From assembly GCF_009914755.1 (NCBI RefSeq), contig NC_060925.1: a DNA stretch of 64,000 bases. One strand, 5' to 3'. Below the pieces are notes generated by a model. The model searched no databases, was not told where the DNA came from, and worked only from the letters and a program-made list of their open reading frames with translations. This stretch comes from the human T2T-CHM13v2.0 reference genome, Homo sapiens. The translations under genes were made by a program, and so were the position numbers. Of this stretch, positions 57,384 to 64,000 are shown one piece after another; within the stretch, counting starts at the first letter, position 1, and each line of letters begins with the position of its first letter.

Positions 57384-58699
57384 TGCGTATCACAGCATTT
57401 AATCACCTGTTCTCCCCCAGTAGGCCATAACTGTTGCTTAGAATAATCATCCTAAGGCCTAGCATAGTGCCTGACTTAGGAAGCAATCATTTTTTGACTG
57501 AGTGAATATATCAATGTAATACTTAAACCACTGTCAAATATAATTTTTTTAAAAAATAGGCAGTTAAAATCATTAAATGAGGTATTGCTAAATACAAGAA
57601 AATTCCAAGTTACAAACTGTGCTCAATATAGTATAAAGTCTAAAATATCAGCTAAATTGAAACAATATAGCCAATTAAAAGGGGGCAAAAATTCTGATCA
57701 CTTCCTTGGGTCTGAATGGAAATGGCACGTGATATATAGGGAGAGAACAGTCTGATAATCACTTTGAAACAAAGCAATTTCCATGAGGCAGAAACTTGGT
57801 CTGTTTGGTTCTTTATTACTATTCCCTTTCCCTAAATATGATGATTGATAAATATGTGTAAATGAAACATATTAATGAGTGACAAGGTGTAACATGATGG
57901 TCAAGAAGAATTAATGTTAATATATCCATATTACATGGATTTTGTGAGAAAGGTTTTTGATCCAAGTGTTAAGTCAATTATAAAATTAAATGATCAAAAT
58001 GAGAATTGCTGAGAACATGTATTCCTCCCTTCCCTGGGTGTAAAAAGAAACTTCTCATTAGGAAACTACTCACTTTCTTTATTTCCCAGAAAATCTCTAA
58101 AAGGGGTGGTAAAAGAAGAATAAAAGAGGATAAAATCAACTCCTTAAAACTCTGCATAAGAAATGTATAAGTTCCTTTTAACTAGTCATCAATTATTCTG
58201 AAGAGTGCAGTTCTGTTAATATTTACTTATGTCATTACAAATAAAGTAATCGACCGCCCATGACCTATTGCCCTGCTTATGTTTTTAAGAAAAGCTTTGT
58301 CCAGATAGTGATAGATTCCTTCCTTGTGACTCATACATTACCCAGATGCTTCAGGCTTCCTGGAATTTCTGTTCAAAATTTCAAAACGTTTGGCAATAAT
58401 TCATTTTTTGTAAGGTAAGCCTTAATTTTAAAGGAAAATAAATATTACAAGAAATTGATCAATAACTTATCACTAATTCTTGGCTTCAAACATTATCCAT
58501 GCCAAAAATAAAAAATAAAAATTGCCAGCTTTTGATATACAAGGATGAGCCTTAATTTTGAGTATGTGTGTCACCTGTAACACGATGTATTGAACCCGTT
58601 GTCAGTAGGTGCCACCTTTCTTACCAAATCTCATCCTCTCTGCTATACTTGGTTACATTTTAAAATATTACATTAGCAATATATAGTTGCATAAAAATA

Positions 58700-58778
58700 T
58701 TAGGTTGGTACAGACATAACTGTGGTTTTGTCATTACTTTTAACGGCAATAACTGCAATTACTTTTGCACCAATCTAA
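58700..58778. mobile_element. MADE1 (Hsmar1-derived mariner MITE)
   Basis: ttaggttggt...ttacttttgcaccaatctaa, 79 bp, palindromic, TA TSD on both sides. Confidence 0.92.
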
Positions 58779-58889
58779 TACAAACCGTACACAGACATAA
58801 TCTCAATCTTACCATTCTGAGGTCATGAAAAGTATGAGAGTTTGTTAGGTGTCTTTCTAAACCTTGTTTATCACAAAGATCACAACGTT

Positions 58890-59440
58890 CTATATCAACA
58901 ACTCTGCAGCTTACTCTTTGCACTTCATGATATATCATGGACATTCCTTTGGGTCAATACATATAGATCCAACTCATTTTTTTATAGCTGACTAATATTT
59001 CTTCTTAGATACATACCATAATTTTTAACCCTCTGTCTATCAATAGACACTCAAGATTCTTTCAGTTTGTGAGCCAATAAAAATAATCCATTAAATGTCT
59101 TTATATGTACACTTGTCCATATTGGTGATTTTATATCTTTAATCAACAATCCCTAAAAACTGGGATGCTGTTTTACAGATATGTCTGTATGTAAATTTTA
59201 ACAGATGCTAACAGATTCCTTTCCAAAATGGTTTTAATAGTCTATATCCCCACTGGCTTTACTTACGTAAGCATTTTTCACTCTACTCTGTGATAGTACT
59301 GAAAATTTATCAATACTGCTCACTTATGCTTATCTGATAATTTTTTTTGTTTTTTATAAAATGGTATAATAGCATCTTATTTGTTTTTCCTTAGTTAGGA
59401 AGGTCGGTATATTTTTAATATGTTTAGTGGCCCTTGTAAT
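58890..59440 (-). mobile_element. Old L1ME-type 3' region
   Basis: 'atatagatccaactcattttttatagctgactaatatt', 'aaattttaacagatgc...ttccaaaatggtttt', 'ttttaatatgtttagtggcc'. Confidence 0.65.
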
Positions 59441-61211
59441 TTCTGGTGGTAACTACACTGGAATCTTATACAGAGGGCTAGCATAATTTCCACCCTTTCC
59501 TTGACAACCTCGACCAAGAATAACTCTAGATCTCCTTTTACTGTTTTTCCAGTGGTCCTTACAACACCACGTGGAGCTTTTTCATCTAGATAGCCTACAG
59601 AAAAGGATTATATAAATTTATTAAACCTAAGAATGAATCAATTATGAATATTTAATGTATATGTGCAGGTATGTTTGTATTTCAACAGGGAATGGCCCAC
59701 CAAAAATAAAATGGTAGTGAAAGCATCACTCTGTGAAGAAGCATCAATACGTAAGCCTTCCTTAAAAGGAGGAGAGAATGAGTGGTAGAGAAGAAATATA
59801 AGTGAAGAGTCGTACATCAAAAACAAATAGGAGGAAAGGATTAGCCAACCATGGGGAATTCAACTTTTAGTTGCCTTCAATGTACTTGTGTGCCTTACAA
59901 GAAAACAGTCATCAAGTTTTATTATCTATGTCCTTGATATCTCACACAACATTTTCTGCTGGGAAGTCTGATTTTCTCTGACCAGGACACTCCTAATAAT
60001 GTTCTAATTTGACTTGTTGACTTGAATATTTCCAATCTATACTTTATATTTTATTAGGCCCTTGCATTTAAAAGGGTCAGAAAACCACCTACATCAAAAT
60101 CACTTCATTGCTTTTTTTTTTTCATGTAGATTTTTAGCCAGGCATGGTGGCCTGTGCCTGTGGTCCCAACTACTCTTGAGGCTGAGGCAGGAGGATCACT
60201 TGAGCCCAGGAGTTTAAGGCTGCAGTGAGCTCTACTTGAACCACTATACTCCAGCCTATGAGAGAGAGACCCCATCTCAAAAAAAAAAAATGTAGGTTTT
60301 GTGGTATTTTACATCAGCAACAAATCATAATTTCCTAAGGAGAAGTCTAGAAAACTATATTTTTAAGAATTTTTCCAGGTAATCTTTACATATACTAAAT
60401 TTTGAGGGATAATTTGCTAAGCCATATTAAATAGTTTGCTGTTTCCTGCATTTACTGCCATAAAAAATGTAATTCCCCTGCTAGTAATATCCTTACTGTA
60501 TTCTGTCCATCAAATTACCATTTTTTAAACTGAATTCATCAGTTTGGAACTCTGCCCTCTATGATTTTACAACATTCTATACATAGATGTTCTAAAGGTA
60601 GTTTATTTCTAGCCAATGTTTAATTATACTTTATTTCTTTACTAGACCAATACTTAAATTACTTTAGGAAAATTATTGTATTTATTCATATCTGCCCTAA
60701 TATTATGCTTCCATATTTAACCAATTATGATCATTATTATTTTGATGGCTTCCATATTTTGAAAGCCTACATCTTTTCAAGTATTGTTATGAATTTCATA
60801 TGCAATACATTTTTAATTCCCAATAAGCATTTTAGTTCTATGCTATATACAAGGAAAATGTGACTCAAAGGGGAAAAAATATGTTTGAACTTAAACAAAT
60901 AGAAAGTAAATTGAGCCAATATTCAAACCCAGTCGCATCTGAATCTAAAGCTACTGCCCTTTCCATAGTATTTCACAGCCCTCAATAAATGTTGGTTAAG
61001 TTACTGGTCATATTATATGCTAGCTAATTCTCTAAGATTTGTCAGTTAAACATTTGCCCATATGTAAATTTTAACAGACACTAATATATTCCTTTCCAAG
61101 ATGATTTTAATAGTCTGTCTCCCCATTGGCTTTACTTACACAAGTATTTTTCATGCTACTCTGTGATAGTACTGAAAATTTATCAGTACTGCTCACTTAT
61201 GCTTATCTGAT
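59188..61211 (+). repeat. Dispersed direct duplication: 59188-59338 and 61061-61211 (151 bp each)
   Basis: Ungapped hand alignment, 15 mismatches in 151 bp (~90%). Confidence 0.95.
60136..60289 (+). mobile_element. Free right Alu monomer (FRAM) or right-arm-only AluJ, inside a MER5-like element (~60070-60410)
   Basis: 'gccaggcatggtggcctgtgcctgtggtcccaactact...gaggatcacttgagcccaggagttt' plus A tail; TSD atgtagatttt/atgtaggtttt. Confidence 0.85.
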
Positions 61212-61529
61212 GAATTTTGTGTTTTTCTGTCATCAGTCATTTCTGTAAACCTAAAGGATCTATTAAATACTTTCTCGTTTCTCAGCACACACTCTTAGTA
61301 ATGTTTCCCACAGAGATTATTAAAAGAAACAAATAGTTACTTTATACATTTAAAAAGCTATAATCCCATCCTAACTTTAAGAGAGTCTAAAAGTTCACTT
61401 GAAAATTGCCTTATCCTCATAATCAGGAAAGGGGGATTAGATGGTTACCAAGTTTATTTAATGAAAAAAACAAACCTTAAGATGAACCAAATATTCTTAG
61501 CAAAAAGTAAGGAAATCATTAATGTATTA

Positions 61530-61720
61530 TAGTTATGATTTTGAGCATCTACTTCATGCCAGACTTCATACACATATCTTTCCTTATCCTTACAGCATCA
61601 CTGGGAATTAAATAGTTGACCCATTTTAAACGCTATGGAATAGGCTCTCAAGAGAGTAAGTTGTATAAAGTCATAAAACTGGACATTACTAGAGCCCAGT
61701 TTTTAACCAAGTTCTTTCTG
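61530..61720 (-). mobile_element. MIR SINE
   Basis: 'ttttgagcatctacttcatgccagac...atccttacagcatcactggg...ccattttaaacgctatggaataggctctcaagagagtaag'. Confidence 0.55.
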
Positions 61721-62879
61721 TGAAATGATTCGCATTTTCTTCCCAGAAATGTATACAATTTACTCTGCTGCACTGTTAACAATCACTTATACCACCTGGC
61801 TCAACTAAAGGTCAAGCATGCACATTTATATCATAATTAAATGAAATAAAAAATGAAGATTATTTGATACATCTTTAGCAATATCTGAAATCATTATTCT
61901 GCTATATGGTTATCAGATGAATGTTAAACAAGGTATGTCAATGTCCATTATCACATTTATTTTACCCATCAATTAAAGTATTCCTGGCTTTATCTGGAAG
62001 AAAAATAGAAAAAGTTTAACCAAACACATAGTTTTTTCTAATTCCAAGAAATGATGCAGGTGCCTCCAGTCCTTCAATAAGCAGTAGCCATAGTCCAAGT
62101 TTTCTGTCTGGATGGGATTATAAAATGTTTCTTCTTTTCTCCTTTCCAGAAGACACTCTCACAAATGGATGAGGTGAGTTGGGTCCCTAATTCTATTTAA
62201 TTGGAATTCTGCAAGCCCCAAATGAAGCCTGTATCCCCAAGGTGTAAATTAACTTAAATAGACTCTTTCCTTAGACTTGGCACTTCGAAGTAAGTAAAAG
62301 CCACAAAAAAAAAATAGTTACCTGGGGATTTTGTTTCTAAACTCTAATCAATTTTGAATTATTAGAATTCCAGCACTGTGGAGAAACTAAACATAAATTT
62401 GGGGAAGATAAATACAGTTGACTTACTCTCTAAAAGAAGAAATTATAGAACCAGGGACAAATAGTTTCCCTATTGTAAGTTTCATTCTGAGGAAGAAGCC
62501 AATTTCTGCCTCATACGTCTAATCTTGCCTCCAAGATGCAATTGTCCAGGTGCTGCCGTCTCGCTATATAAGCTGAAGACTCTAGCCCACACCTACCCCC
62601 TTGCTTCCTCTGAAATGAACATATGTCCAGCACATCTTTATTTCCAATTCCTTGACAAAGTGAAAACTTTTCTATACTTACTATAGATTATAGCTGGGCA
62701 CCAGTGAAATCACAAAAGCCTGAAAAGGAGGAATACTCGAAGCAGTGTTCTATAATTTTTAAGGATAAAGATAAAAAACCGGACGAGACCAATATGAGCA
62801 ACGGTGTTGCTTTTCCTGAGAAGTCAACATGTAGTATGAAATGCAGAAGTCATGCCCACTATTTAAAAAACAAAGACAA

Positions 62880-63540
62880 GGCACAAACTGGGATCAGATA
62901 TTTGTAAAACATAAACTAGATTATAGTTTAAAATTTTTATTAAAAATTCTGCAAATCAATAAGAAAAAGAATAAAGCTAGAAATGGGCAAAAGGATGGGC
63001 AGTCATTTCACACAGAAGGGAACTCAACTGGCAAATAAATGTATAGGAAGATGCTCAACCTCACTAGGAATTACAAAAATCCAAACTAAAATCATAATGA
63101 GATGCCACTTTACACCCACTAGATTGGCAAAGTGTCTGAAATACCAAGTGTAGGAAATGATGCACATCAATACAGACTCTCAGATATTCCTGGGAGGAGT
63201 ATAAGTTGGAAAAATCCTCATGGAAAGCAGTTTGGCAGCATCTCAAAGAGTTGCGCATTTCCTATGCCTCAACAATACCACTTCCAGGAGTCTGTGCTAT
63301 AATACTAGAAGATACACCTATGGATAGATGTCTTGAACCAAGAAACATGTAGTCAAATGTTCATAGTAGCACAATTTATAATAGAAAAACTGTGAAAGGG
63401 ACTCATCTATCCAATGATGGAAAAAATTATTAAATAAATACGACACAGTCATAAGATAGTATGTTTTAGAGCTTTAAAAATCAATGACTTTTAGCTACAG
63501 GCCAAAACATAGATGACTCCTAGGAAGACAATGTTGGATT
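62880..63540 (+). mobile_element. L1ME-type ORF2 end / 3' region
   Basis: 'aaatgggcaaaaggat...ggaagatgctcaacctcactagga...ataatgagatgccactttacacccactagattggcaaa'. Confidence 0.8.
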
Positions 63541-63744
63541 GTCTTATTTGTCAGCCCTTTAAAAATAATAGATTGTATGTCTTTCTCTGGTACTTGCTTG
63601 AAGATGGGAGTTTTGTTTTAGGCTGAGAGAATTTCACTTAAAGTTGGTAATTCAACTTATCCTACCCATGTATTTGAATGGCTTCTGCCAGAGGTTTCTA
63701 GCTGTTTCTGATTGTATGTCATTCAGGTATTCATATATACAATA

Positions 63745-64000
63745 CAGTTGGCGCTCCAAATCTGTGTGCTCCACATCCATGGATTCAACTATGGATCGAA
63801 AATATTCAGAAAAAAATAATGTGTCTGTACTGAGCATGCACAGACATTTTTCTTGTCATTATTCCCTAAACAATACAGCGTAACAACTATTAACATAGTA
63901 TTTGCATTGTATTAGGTATTATAAGTAATCTGGAGATGATTTAAAGTATATGAGAGGATAAGCATAGTAATATGCAAACACATTTTATATCAGGGACTTG
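63745..64000 (-). mobile_element. MER2-family Tigger MITE (runs off window end)
   Basis: ta|cagttggcgctcc...'gcattgtattaggtattataagtaatctggagatgatttaaagtata', antisense to the MER2 copy at 55138. Confidence 0.85.

Noticed and set aside
55138-64000. Inverted similarity between 55300-55380 and 63880-63950
   Set aside because: Explained by two independent MER2-family insertions in opposite orientation.

Overview
AT-rich, CpG-depleted primate (very probably human) genomic DNA, either intronic or intergenic. I can support no protein-coding exon, RNA gene or CpG island. The ORF track is noise or LINE-1/Alu relics. Much of the window is nested transposon fossils: old L1M/L1ME, L1MA/MB/PB/PA, L2, L3, MIR, four Alus plus a free right monomer, MaLR/ERVL LTRs (THE1, MST, MLT1, MLT2, LTR16/33) and DNA transposons (MER2, MER5, MER45, MADE1). 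The most notable structure not explained by repeat annotation is a local inverted duplication. Its arms are ~955 bp (16532-17852 and 18866-19820) around a ~1 kb spacer. Only one arm carries a THE1 LTR with a perfect 5-bp TSD, yet the arms share a 103-bp perfectly identical tract beside that LTR, which suggests arm-to-arm gene conversion. Other oddities are a 151-bp direct duplication, a 42-bp duplication bracketing an L1, a 20-bp-stem hairpin, a twin-primed L1 and an internally deleted L1MB. Subfamily names come from recalled consensus sequences and need RepeatMasker/Dfam confirmation. Boundaries of old repeats are approximate.
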